Shown: positions 1-8,017 of the stretch, in pieces | How the letters are laid out: each line of letters opens with the position of its first letter | How positions within the stretch are numbered: position 1 is the first letter of the stretch | Assembly (NCBI GenBank): GCA_963800395.1 | Contig: CAWDBD010000005.1 | Coordinates: 495-24,494 of the forward strand | Reading direction: 5' to 3' | DNA: 24,000 nucleotides | DNA from: an uncultured Gammaproteobacteria bacterium | GTDB taxonomy: Bacteria > Pseudomonadota > Gammaproteobacteria > Xanthomonadales > Rhodanobacteraceae | Translations under genes and position numbers: made by a program | Notes under the pieces: model-generated | What the model was told of the DNA's origin: nothing | The model's input: only the letters and a program-made list of their open reading frames with translations | Databases searched by the model: none

Positions 1-1154
1 CAGGCAAGTTGCCCATCAATCACGTTGCGAGCCTCCTGTTCGGACAAAAGAAACTGCGCCGCCGCCTGCACACAGACATCCAGCCGGGAAAATCGGTTGT
101 TGCCCTGAATCCGCATGGCCTGAGTAGCCTCGTTGCCAGCACGGTTTTGCGGGCAGATGTCATAGGCCGGCGTCAGCGCCAGGTGCTGCCCGTCCCAGAA
201 GGCGGCATGATTGCGCGCATGGTCGTCAGTATTGCCGCAGAGAATGTTGAAAACCAGCCGCGCGAACAACTCGCGCAAGCTCTGTCTGGGTTGATCAAAG
301 CGATGACGGACAATCTCGGCCAGTGTTTCGTAGCTGGCGTATGCAGCCATCATTTCATCCAGTTCCAGCAGGGTCAGCGCAGACACCACGGCCCGACGCT
401 GCCAGATACCAGCCGTCTGATGCGGCCGATCGAACCGCTCGACCAGCAACACATTCCGGCCCGATGCACGTGCCAGCTCAACGGGTGCCACATCCAACCC
501 GGCAAGTGCGGCCAGGCGCATGGCAATGAACTCGACCTTTACGACACTGTACAAATCCGCACTGCTGGAAAACTTGGCGATTAGCTTGCGCTGGCCACTG
601 TTAATCAGCGCCTTGGGTCGAGCGCCACCAATTGACGTACCGTGAAGCAGCGCCTGGGCCAATTCCGGCGACAGTGGCAAACCTTTTTCCACCCGCTCGG
701 CCGAGGCCAGCAGCTCCTCCAGCGTCGCCTGTGAAGCTTGGCGAGGTATGTATTGGCCAGGCGATGCCTGGAAATCCAACGCACCAATGCGATCGGAACC
801 GGATTCGAGCAGATAGGTCAGCTCGTCCAGTGCGGCAGTATCTGCATTCGGATCACGGCTGCCCAGCAATCGATTGACGATGACACGCCGGCCCCAAGCA
901 TCCGGCGAGGCATCTCGCAGGCAGCCGGGCATGATCAGGCCGGGCAGCAACGGCAGGCTACCGGCCTTGAGCGGCAACTCCGGTACATACAAGGCCATGG
1001 CATCGGGACGTGCCAGATAACTTTGACCGTAGTTGAACTGCAAGCCATGTTCCGTGACCGCAAGCCGACCTGCCGCCACTGGCTCGACCTGACCGGGCAG
1101 CCAAACCCAGACGTAGGCCTCGTGCGGGATATTTGTGCCGCGCTCAGAAGTCAT
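1..1154 (-). CDS. hipA: HipA-family serine/threonine kinase toxin, partial (C-terminus beyond the left edge)
   Basis: Reverse-complement reading from ATG at 1154 is open to position 1. It contains HGTSIGGARPKALI, SADLYNVVKVEF, LLVERFDR, CGNTDDHARNHAAFWDG and LTPAYDICPQ, which are HipA kinase motifs. It is absent from the ORF track, probably because no stop codon lies in the window. Confidence 0.93.
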   Translation of the reverse strand, partial: MTSERGTNIPHEAYVWVWLPGQVEPVAAGRLAVTEHGLQFNYGQSYLARPDAMALYVPELPLKAGSLPLLPGLIMPGCLRDASPDAWGRRVIVNRLLGSRDPNADTAALDELTYLLESGSDRIGALDFQASPGQYIPRQASQATLEELLASAERVEKGLPLSPELAQALLHGTSIGGARPKALINSGQRKLIAKFSSSADLYSVVKVEFIAMRLAALAGLDVAPVELARASGRNVLLVERFDRPHQTAGIWQRRAVVSALTLLELDEMMAAYASYETLAEIVRHRFDQPRQSLRELFARLVFNILCGNTDDHARNHAAFWDGQHLALTPAYDICPQNRAGNEATQAMRIQGNNRFSRLDVCVQAAAQFLLSEQEARNVIDGQLA

Positions 1155-1482
1155 CCTTCACCTCCTTTGCTTCCTTGCGCACGGCCTTGGGCAATAGCGC
1201 CAGACGCTCTCGAACCTCCCGTTCGCGGGACCTCAAACCGGCCAGTTCCGGCTCAAACAAGGGCACCCCGACAATGGCTGCCAGCTCGAACGCTACGCCG
1301 ATTCCGCAGCGTGGGTCGCCTTTTTCGACCCGGTGGAGCATATCGCGCGATATGCCCGCCCGCTCGGACAACTCCCGAGCAGTCATGTGTCGTTCGATAC
1401 GGCCGGCGCGCACCAAACCGCCCAGCAAGGCAAGGGCCTGACGGGTATGGCGGGAATAATTACGGTTTGCGGGCTTGGTCAT
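1144..1482 (-). CDS. hipB: XRE/HipB-like helix-turn-helix antitoxin/regulator
   Basis: 112 aa with HTH segment MTARELSERAGISRDMLHRVEKG. It lies directly upstream of hipA and overlaps it by 11 bp. Confidence 0.85.
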   Translation of the reverse strand: MTKPANRNYSRHTRQALALLGGLVRAGRIERHMTARELSERAGISRDMLHRVEKGDPRCGIGVAFELAAIVGVPLFEPELAGLRSREREVRERLALLPKAVRKEAKEVKDDF

Positions 1483-1493
1483 ATTTCATAGCG

Positions 1494-1511
1494 TGTCTTA
1501 CAAAACAGACA
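1494..1511. promoter_or_regulatory. Candidate HipB operator: inverted repeat TGTCT-tacaaaac-AGACA
   Basis: Perfect 5-bp arms separated by 8 bp, 12 bp upstream of the hipB ATG and overlapping the predicted transcription start. Confidence 0.4.
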
Positions 1512-1512
1512 T

Positions 1513-1542
1513 ACTATCTCACATGACTTATATATATGACAA
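1513..1542 (-). promoter_or_regulatory. Candidate sigma-70 promoter for hipBA
   Basis: Minus strand: TTGTCA (1542-1537), 18-bp spacer, GATAGT (1518-1513). Confidence 0.4.
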
Positions 1543-1619
1543 TTATCTTGATTTTTGGCTTCGGGCTGCCCGCAAGCGGTCGGTCGTGACCGGCTTCGAC
1601 GGGTCGGAAGCGGTCCCTT

Positions 1620-1803
1620 CTAGCCCGCATTATTCATCAGCGTTCGTAGCGAGCCGGTTCAAGGGCATGTCCGGCGTGGCTTTCGCGACCGAGCAGTGCG
1701 CAGGCGTAGCCGGCACTACGTCGAGCACGGCGACCAAGTGAAAGCCGCGCCGGGCGTGTCATTGGGCCGGCGCAGTAGAAGGTTGGTGAATAATCCGGGC
1801 TAG
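1620..1803. repeat. 184-bp segment bounded by 17-bp terminal inverted repeats (possible insertion sequence remnant or MITE-like element)
   Basis: ctagcccgcattattca at 1620-1636 against tgaataatccgggctag at 1787-1803; 16/17 complementary. Confidence 0.45.
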
Positions 1804-2110
1804 GACCCAGGCGCGAGCGCTTGAAAGCGGCGAGCCAGCCGAGCTTGGTAGGCACCTGAAGAAGGTCCAGCGATTGCTGGATCAGGTAGTCAGTCAGCCC
1901 GGACTATGCAATGTCTGCAGCAAAGTCGGACTCGGGACAGACGGATCATGACATTGAGTGTCAGGGTCATTTTGGCGATATCAGCACTTCATGTGACGCC
2001 TCTACCTGTCGCAGACCCTGTCACACAGCCTCAAGGGACCGATACTCGGTTCGGTGTGGGAGTTTGGCCCGGAAAGCTCACATTGCAGATGTGACACAGA
2101 CGACTGTCAC

Positions 2111-2135
2111 AAAAAAAACCTGCATCTGGTGCAGG
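2111..2135 (-). terminator. Rho-independent terminator downstream of tRNA-Met
   Basis: Minus strand CCTGCA-CCAGA-TGCAGG followed by TTTTTTTT, about 38 nt past the tRNA 3' end. Confidence 0.75.
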
Positions 2136-2172
2136 CTGTTTCGTTGCAAGGTATTGATTTTAATCTTGAACA

Positions 2173-2249
2173 TGGTGGCTATGGGTGGACTCGAACCACC
2201 GACCCCGGCATTATGAGTGCCGTGCTCTAACCGGCTGAGCTACATAGCC
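2173..2249 (-). tRNA. tRNA-Met (anticodon CAT), elongator type, CCA encoded
   Basis: Minus strand GGCTATGTAGCTCAGCCGGTTAGAGCACGGCACTCATAATGCCGGGGTCGGTGGTTCGAGTCCACCCATAGCCACCA. Full cloverleaf: acceptor GGCTATG/CATAGCC, anticodon stem CGGCA/TGCCG, T arm GGTGG-TTCGAGT-CCACC. Confidence 0.97.
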
Positions 2250-2272
2250 ATGTTCTGAATTTTACCCTCTTT

Positions 2273-2321
2273 GACCCCAGCATTATGAGTGCTGTGCTCT
2301 AACCGGCTGAGCTACATAGCC
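2273..2321 (-). pseudogene. Truncated tRNA-Met 5' half (acceptor 5' strand, D arm and anticodon arm only)
   Basis: 49-nt direct repeat of 2201-2249 at 47/49 identity. It lacks the T arm and 3' acceptor strand. The anticodon stem is CAGCA/TGCTG. Confidence 0.85.
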
Positions 2322-2333
2322 AAGGGGCCGAGC

Positions 2334-2362
2334 ATTTTAGTGCGCCTGAGCCGCTGGCACAA
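2334..2362 (-). promoter_or_regulatory. Candidate sigma-70 promoter for the tRNA half plus tRNA-Met unit
   Basis: Minus strand TTGTGC (2362-2357), 17-bp spacer, TAAAAT (2339-2334), followed by a GC-rich discriminator. Confidence 0.55.
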
Positions 2363-2535
2363 GATCTGTGCATCACGCTGGTAGCGGGCCTCGCTTGCAA
2401 GCTGCCGGAGCCACGGATCATGGCGGCGTCCGAGCTGCTGACGGATGGCGCTGTTCTGGCGCAGGCTTGCCGCAGTGCTTGCCGCATGTGCTTGAATCGG
2501 GGCAGGCAGTTCTAGAGTGCGGCGACATGGCCGAC

Positions 2536-3063
2536 ATGATTGATACCGATGGTTTTCGCCCGAACGTGGGCATTGTTCTACTCAACGATGATGGGCGCGT
2601 GTTCTGGGCGCGGCGCGTGCGGCGTGATGGCTGGCAGTTTCCGCAGGGCGGCATTGGCTCGGACGAGACGCCGCTGGAGGCGATGTTCCGCGAGCTTGAG
2701 GAGGAAACCGGCCTGCATGCGCGACATGTGCATGTACTGGGGTCGACCCTGGGCTGGCTCAAGTATCGCCTGCCTCACCGATACGTGCGTCGCAACCAGA
2801 AGCCGCGTTGCATTGGCCAGAAACAGGTGTGGTTTCTGCTGCACCTTGTTGGCGAGGAGCGTCATCTGTGCCTCGATGCCTGCGAGAAGCCGGAGTTCGA
2901 TTCCTGGCGCTGGGTGGACTTCTGGTATCCGGCGCGCCACGTGGTCGACTTCAAGCAGGAGGTCTACGAGCGGGCGCTGCGCCAGTTCGTGCCGCTGGTC
3001 GAGGACGCCTGCGAGGTGGCGCTGGCCAATTCCTCGCGCGAGTACGAGTCGGTCACCGGATAG
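2536..3063 (+). CDS. rppH: RNA pyrophosphohydrolase (Nudix)
   Basis: [28 protein letters not shown] and Nudix box [22 protein letters not shown]. The track ORF starts upstream; ATG 2536 or 2527 fits the family N-terminus. Confidence 0.93.
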   Translation: MIDTDGFRPNVGIVLLNDDGRVFWARRVRRDGWQFPQGGIGSDETPLEAMFRELEEETGLHARHVHVLGSTLGWLKYRLPHRYVRRNQKPRCIGQKQVWFLLHLVGEERHLCLDACEKPEFDSWRWVDFWYPARHVVDFKQEVYERALRQFVPLVEDACEVALANSSREYESVTG

Positions 3064-3159
3064 CTGCCGCGCTGCGGACGCGTCGATCTGCCTGCGCGTC
3101 AGCCCTGCGGCCGCGCGCCGTGCCGCCAGCCAGGGCCTGAACATCCCTCCTGAATACAG

Positions 3160-3188
3160 TTGACAACCATTCGCATTTGCGTTTGAAT
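3160..3188 (+). promoter_or_regulatory. Candidate bfd promoter with an overlapping Fur-like site
   Basis: TTGACA at 3160-3165 and weak -10 TTGAAT at 3183-3188, 17-bp spacer. The reverse complement of 3165-3180, GCAAATGCGAATGGTT, resembles a Xanthomonadales-type Fur box. Confidence 0.4.
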
Positions 3189-3194
3189 GCACGC

Positions 3195-3404
3195 ATGATC
3201 GTTTGTGTCTGCAATGCACTGTCCGAGTCGGACATTCACCAGAAGGTGGCCGAGGGCCTGCGCAACTTTGATGCCTTGCGTTCGGAGACCGGCTGCTCGG
3301 ACTGTTGTGGCTGCTGCGAAACCGCGGCCAGGCGGGTGTTTGCCGACGCCCAGGCCGCGCAGCATCGGCCGTTCGCCCTGCCGCTGGCTGCCGTCGCAGC
3401 CTGA
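3195..3404 (+). CDS. bfd: Bacterioferritin-associated ferredoxin ([2Fe-2S])
   Basis: MIVCVCNALSESDIHQKVAEG...TGCSDCCGCCETAARRV: CxC and CxxC cysteine arrangement; adjacent to bfr. Confidence 0.85.
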   Translation: MIVCVCNALSESDIHQKVAEGLRNFDALRSETGCSDCCGCCETAARRVFADAQAAQHRPFALPLAAVAA

Positions 3405-3421
3405 ATCACGCGGGCCACTTA

Positions 3422-3449
3422 TTCACTGGCGAGGCGTTCGCGTTATAGT
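3422..3449 (+). promoter_or_regulatory. Candidate bfr promoter
   Basis: TTCACT (3422-3427), 16-bp spacer, TATAGT (3444-3449), upstream of bfr ATG 3482. Confidence 0.4.
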
Positions 3450-3481
3450 CGAGCGCGTTTTTCGCATACCCGGAGCAGGCC

Positions 3482-3946
3482 ATGAAAGGCGACGCCAAAG
3501 TCATCGAACAGCTGAACACCGTGCTGGCCAACGAGTTGACGGCCATCAACCAGTACTTCCTGCATTCACGCATGTACGGCAACTGGGGCTACAAGGCGCT
3601 GGAGGAGCACGAGTACCAGGAATCGATCGACGAGATGAAGCACGCCGACCAGCTGATCGAGCGCATCCTGTTTCTGGATGGCCTGCCCAATCTGCAGAAG
3701 CTCAACAAGCTGCTGATCGGCGAGTCACCCCGCGAGGTGCTGGCCTGCGACCTGAAGCTGGAACAGGCTGCCGTGCCGGATCTCAAGGACGGCATCGCGC
3801 TGTGCGAGAAGCTGGGTGACTATGTCAGCCGCGAGCTGTTCGAATCGATACTCGCCTCCGAGGAGGAGCATATCGACTGGCTGGAAACCCAGCTCGATCT
3901 GATCGAAAAACTCAGCGAAGAGCGCTATCTGGCCGAAAAGCTGTAA
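3482..3946 (+). CDS. bfr: Bacterioferritin
   Basis: MKGDAKVIEQLNTVLANELTAINQYFLHSRMYGNWGY...ASEEEHIDWLETQLDLIEKLSEERYLAEKL. Confidence 0.97.
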   Translation: MKGDAKVIEQLNTVLANELTAINQYFLHSRMYGNWGYKALEEHEYQESIDEMKHADQLIERILFLDGLPNLQKLNKLLIGESPREVLACDLKLEQAAVPDLKDGIALCEKLGDYVSRELFESILASEEEHIDWLETQLDLIEKLSEERYLAEKL

Positions 3947-3954
3947 CTACGCCC

Positions 3955-6015
3955 TCAGGCGCTGGCGGCGAAGCGGTAGTTCAGCGAGCGTGACGGGTGC
4001 GCCAGGCTGTGGCCCTGGGCATAGTCCACGCCGCTGGCCTCGAGACGGCGCAACTGGCTGTGCTCTTCGACCTGGGTTGCGATAATGGCGATGTCGCGCG
4101 CGTGCGCGATGGGAACCAGGGCCCCCGGCTTGTCGTTGAGGCTGGGAGCCAACTTGATGTAGTCGAGCGGCAGTGCATCCAGCAATTGCGCCGCGCGCAG
4201 CCCGCGATCCACACCGCTCAGGCACAGACCCACGCCCAGCGCCTTGATCCGCGGCGCCACCCGCAGCAGTTCGCGTGGTGAATCGCTGATGTCATCGCAG
4301 CGGAACTCCAGCACCAGCCGCGCCCCACGTGCACCATACCGACGCAGGCGTTCGCCCAGACGGGCCGGGTAGTCGCATTCATTGAGGCTTTCGCTGGACT
4401 GGCTGATGAACAGATGCAGGGGGCGCGTCTGGCGTTGATGCTCGGCCAGCAGCTTCAGGCCCGCGTCCAGGCTCCACAGGTCCAGATTGGGCACCAGACC
4501 GGCGCGCCGCGCCAGTGGCAGCAACTCCGCCGCCGTATGCACGAAGCCGTGGTTGTCACGCAGTCGAACCAGTGCCTGGTATTGCGGCATGTGACCACCG
4601 CCGAGGTCGACAATGGCCTGGAAGACCAGATGCATGCGCTCATTGCGCAGCGCGTTTTCCAGCATCAGCGGATCGAGGCAACCGTCGCCGTTGTCATGCC
4701 AGCCGATCTGGCCCGGACCGGCGGCGCGGCGCGCGCGGTAGGCGCTGTTGAGCACGGCGTCCGCCTCATCCAGATCCTCGCTGAGGATGCAACCGCCCAT
4801 GGAGACCGTGAGCGGCAGTGCACGTGCGCCGAAGCGCTCGCTGCGTATGTTGCCCATCAACTCCTGCGCCAGGGCATGCATGTTCTCGCGCCCGCGGTCG
4901 CGGCACAGCAGCAGGAAGCCGGCGCCATTCTCGCCAAGCATGTCCCCGGGCTCCAGGCACTGGGCAATGAGTTGACCCAACTGTGCGTGGATGGCGCGAC
5001 GCTCGGCGGCAGAGTATTCCCGCTTGAGCGCGTCCAGCTTGTCGATGGCAATATCGAGCAGGCCACCGCGCTGGGCTTCGGTACTGTTGAGGCAAGCCTC
5101 GAGCCGGTCCAGAAGCCACGCGCGTCGATAGTGCCCCGGGTTGCCGAAGTCCGGGAGTGCCTGACTATCGTCTGAGCCGGTCTGTGCCAAGCGACGCTGC
5201 AGATCAGCAATCAACTGCTCCGGGGACTGGGCCATCGACACGACATCGCTGACCCCGGCCTCCGGCAGTTCACCTGGCACCAGATGCACGATCGGCAGAT
5301 CGGCGCAGTCCTCGCGTTCGCGGATCATGCTGGCCAGGTCAGCGCTGTCGCACACCTTCATGTGCATGTTGAGCGCAATCAGGTTCGGGCTGAAGCGGGT
5401 CAGCTGCTCGAGCACTGCCAGAGGCTCGGGCAAGTGCAAGACCTCGAAGTCAGGCTCGGCTTCCAGGCTTGGCAGGACACGGTGTGCCTCCTCTGCTGAC
5501 AGGCCCACCACAAGGATACGGGCGCGCTGCTGACCGGCCAGGCGCTGGTGTGCCTGGTCCACGGCACCGGGCTGCTCGGCTTGCGGCGAGGGCAAAAGCT
5601 TCTGCAGGTGCTCGGTGAGCGCTGCAACCAGCGCCGTGGTGCCGCTGTCGGGAACACGGGTCCGAGTCAGAGCCGGTGTCAGCGCGGTCTGGATTGCAAG
5701 CAACTGCTCCTGAAGCGACACATGGCCGAGTTGCCGGTGCTGATTGGCCAGCTGACCCAGTTCGGCGTGGATGCGCAGCATGACATTGATGTCCCAACCC
5801 TGGCGGCATTGGCTGAACAGTTCACCGATCAGTCGGCGCAGGTGGTGCGTCAGGTGCTGAAGTGTCACCTGACTGCTGTCGGGATCGAGCGACGTTACGG
5901 CTTTTGAGCTGTTCAAGGGAACGCTCCGCACAGGGTTCTGCTGACTATACTCGGAGTCTTCATGAATGTGAAACAGTTCACACTTTGAACGCAAGCCCGC
6001 CTGGCGACCTGCCAA
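3955..6015 (-). CDS. REC/GGDEF/EAL-like signalling protein with degenerate catalytic motifs
   Basis: Track ORF of 686 aa. A REC-like segment (ARILVVGLSAEEAHRVL...PNLIALNMHMK) is followed by a GGDEF-like domain (ENGAGFLLLCRDRG...VSMGG) and an EAL-like domain (MHLVFQAIVDLGGGHMPQYQALVRL...LPLDYIKLAPSL). The start may be GTG 5931 or TTG 5916. Confidence 0.8.
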   Translation of the reverse strand: MAGRQAGLRSKCELFHIHEDSEYSQQNPVRSVPLNSSKAVTSLDPDSSQVTLQHLTHHLRRLIGELFSQCRQGWDINVMLRIHAELGQLANQHRQLGHVSLQEQLLAIQTALTPALTRTRVPDSGTTALVAALTEHLQKLLPSPQAEQPGAVDQAHQRLAGQQRARILVVGLSAEEAHRVLPSLEAEPDFEVLHLPEPLAVLEQLTRFSPNLIALNMHMKVCDSADLASMIREREDCADLPIVHLVPGELPEAGVSDVVSMAQSPEQLIADLQRRLAQTGSDDSQALPDFGNPGHYRRAWLLDRLEACLNSTEAQRGGLLDIAIDKLDALKREYSAAERRAIHAQLGQLIAQCLEPGDMLGENGAGFLLLCRDRGRENMHALAQELMGNIRSERFGARALPLTVSMGGCILSEDLDEADAVLNSAYRARRAAGPGQIGWHDNGDGCLDPLMLENALRNERMHLVFQAIVDLGGGHMPQYQALVRLRDNHGFVHTAAELLPLARRAGLVPNLDLWSLDAGLKLLAEHQRQTRPLHLFISQSSESLNECDYPARLGERLRRYGARGARLVLEFRCDDISDSPRELLRVAPRIKALGVGLCLSGVDRGLRAAQLLDALPLDYIKLAPSLNDKPGALVPIAHARDIAIIATQVEEHSQLRRLEASGVDYAQGHSLAHPSRSLNYRFAASA
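5944..5972 (-). promoter_or_regulatory. Candidate promoter for the REC/GGDEF/EAL-like gene
   Basis: Minus strand TTCACA (5972-5967), 17-bp spacer, TATAGT (5949-5944). Confidence 0.4.
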
Positions 6016-6231
6016 GGACCTTCCGCGCTGGGAGCCCGGTTCGAAACGTTATATAAATCCGCAGCTTATCTGCATATCGTAGTTGCAGTGCCGGATTGCA
6101 ACCGGCGCACAGACAGGCGATGCCCCTGCCCGGCCGGCCCTGATTGACCGAAAGTGGCATCGACACCCGGTGCGCCGCAGCCGGGCGTGTCATCTCGGCA
6201 GCGCAGCAGGTGCCGGCTGGAATATGACGAA

Positions 6232-6663
6232 CTAGAAGGGCTTCACCACCACAAGCACCACAATGGCAATCAGGAGCAGCGACGGTATCTCGTTGAACAG
6301 CCGCAGCCAGCGGCTGGAATAGCGCACGTCATCGCGGGCAAACTGCCCGGTCATGCGAACCAGCATGAGGTGGTAGGCAATCAGCACAAGCACCAGCAGC
6401 AGCTTGGCCTGCAACCAGTAATTGTGGGCCACATACCCGGGCACATGTTGCTGCCACCAGCCCAGCAGGGCCAGGCCGAAAGTGACAGCCAGCATGCCGC
6501 CAATGTGGGTAATCATGAGCAGACGCCGCTGCATCACTTTCAGGCGTTCGCGAATCACCGCTTCACCGGCCTCGGCATGATAGATAAACAAGCGCGGCAG
6601 GTAGAACAGGCCGGCAAACCAGGTAACAACGAAAATGATGTGAAAGGCCTTGAGCCAGAGCAT
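6232..6663 (-). CDS. hemJ: HemJ/UPF0093-type protoporphyrinogen oxidase
   Basis: MLWLKAFHIIFVVTWFAGLFYLPRLFIYHAEA...MQRRLLMITHIGGMLAVTFGLALL, typical HemJ membrane protein. The track ORF starts upstream at 6795, but ATG 6663 matches the family start. Confidence 0.9.
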   Translation of the reverse strand: MLWLKAFHIIFVVTWFAGLFYLPRLFIYHAEAGEAVIRERLKVMQRRLLMITHIGGMLAVTFGLALLGWWQQHVPGYVAHNYWLQAKLLLVLVLIAYHLMLVRMTGQFARDDVRYSSRWLRLFNEIPSLLLIAIVVLVVVKPF

Positions 6664-6807
6664 GGCGCATGTCCGGAGAGCAGTGAGGTCAGACCATAGT
6701 GTCACGTAGCCTGGCAATTTTGCCACTTTGCCAGAAAAACACTGCGCGCCGCGCATGTAGAATGGCAAAATGACACACCACGCAGATCGTCTCATGAGAG
6801 CAGTTCA

Positions 6808-7548
6808 TTGAGTTCGCGGCCCCAGTTCGAGGTGCGCCGGCTTGACCCGTCGACGCGCTGGCGCAAACGCCTTATGCTGCTGCTGATGTTGCTGGTTTCC
6901 GCAGCAGGTGGACTGGCTGCCGGCCTCTGGTGGGGCGCCCGCACGGCACCGCCGAGGGAGTCGCCGGCACCTGCCATACCGATGGTCGGCAAATCGAGCA
7001 CGGCGCAGGCCACGGCGCAGCAGATCGTGACACTCAAGCGATCCGAACAGGTCGCACGCATCGCGGCGCAGGACTTGCGCAAGACCCTGGCGGACCGCGA
7101 GGAGGAAATCAGCGCCTTGCGCGCGGACCTGGCGTTCTACTCGCACCTGGTCGGCAGCGGCGAACAAGGCAACGAGCTCACCGTGCATGGCGTGCACCTG
7201 CAACCCGTCAGCGGCTCACGCGCCTGGAACGCGACCATCACCCTCACCCAGAACTCGCGTCGTGGCAAGGACAATCACGGCGCCATCACGCTCGCCGTGG
7301 AGGGGGTGCGGGATGGTAAGCTGATCCTGGTGAAGTGGCCGCAACTGGCAGCACCCGATCAAGTGAAGGGCATACCCTACGCATTCAAGTATTTTCAGCA
7401 GTTGCATGCCACCATGATGCTGCCGGACAACTTCACCCCCAATCGCTTGCGAGTACGGGTCAATCCATCAAGCGGAAAGGACATCATGCACAGCATGGCC
7501 TGGTCAGACGCCCTGAAGTCGGCGGAGGAAAACAATGTTCAACAATAG
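6808..7548 (+). CDS. Membrane-anchored coiled-coil protein, DUF6776-like
   Basis: 246 aa, TTG start. One N-terminal TM segment (LMLLLMLLVSAAGGLAAGLWWG), a coiled coil, then a beta-rich domain. Overlaps the bactofilin gene. Confidence 0.6.
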   Translation: MSSRPQFEVRRLDPSTRWRKRLMLLLMLLVSAAGGLAAGLWWGARTAPPRESPAPAIPMVGKSSTAQATAQQIVTLKRSEQVARIAAQDLRKTLADREEEISALRADLAFYSHLVGSGEQGNELTVHGVHLQPVSGSRAWNATITLTQNSRRGKDNHGAITLAVEGVRDGKLILVKWPQLAAPDQVKGIPYAFKYFQQLHATMMLPDNFTPNRLRVRVNPSSGKDIMHSMAWSDALKSAEENNVQQ

Positions 7549-7978
7549 CAGCAAGAACCCGAAGTCAAACAGCGATTCAACCACCATCATTGCGCGTGGC
7601 GTAGTGGTACGCGGCGACATCCAGTTCAGCGGCAGCCTGCACCTGGAGGGCCGGGTGGAAGGCACCATCAGCGCAGCGGCCGAGGAGAAGGCCCTGTTCA
7701 CGCTGAGCCAGAGCGGCAGCGTGCAAGGCGAAGTTCAGGTTCCACGCGCGGTGATCGACGGTGAAGTCGAAGGCAACATTCACTGCAGCGACTGCCTGGA
7801 GCTGGCGGCCGGGGCAAAAATCAAGGGTGACGTGCACTACCGTGTTCTGGAGATGGCTGCCGGCGCGACCGTCAATGGCCGCATGATGCACGAGACCGAG
7901 GCTCCGCCTCAGTTGACCCAGTTCACCGACACGGATGAGATTGATGAAGCCGCTGATCGCGAGGCTGCGCACGCCTGA
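7535..7978 (+). CDS. Bactofilin / polymer-forming cytoskeletal protein
   Basis: TTIIARGVVVRGDIQFSGSLHLEGRVEGTISA...VIDGEVEGNIHCSDCLELAAGAKIKGDVHYRVLEMAAGATVNGRM is the bactofilin beta-helix repeat. Confidence 0.9.
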   Translation: MFNNSSKNPKSNSDSTTIIARGVVVRGDIQFSGSLHLEGRVEGTISAAAEEKALFTLSQSGSVQGEVQVPRAVIDGEVEGNIHCSDCLELAAGAKIKGDVHYRVLEMAAGATVNGRMMHETEAPPQLTQFTDTDEIDEAADREAAHA

Positions 7979-8017
7979 ACACCCGGATTTCTGCCTGAAC
8001 CTGCCGGTCGCATCGGG

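Noticed and set aside
9-584. 191-aa plus-strand ORF
   Set aside because: Antisense to the hipA kinase, whose catalytic motif NTDDHARNHAAFWD reads cleanly on the minus strand.
2173-2321. tRNA duplication as an attachment-site pair (attL/attR) of an integrative element
   Set aside because: Integrases usually duplicate the tRNA 3' end, but here the 5' half is duplicated; only 23 bp separate the two copies and no integrase gene is nearby.
4414-5175. 253-aa plus-strand ORF
   Set aside because: Antisense within the degenerate GGDEF/EAL gene; no domain signal.
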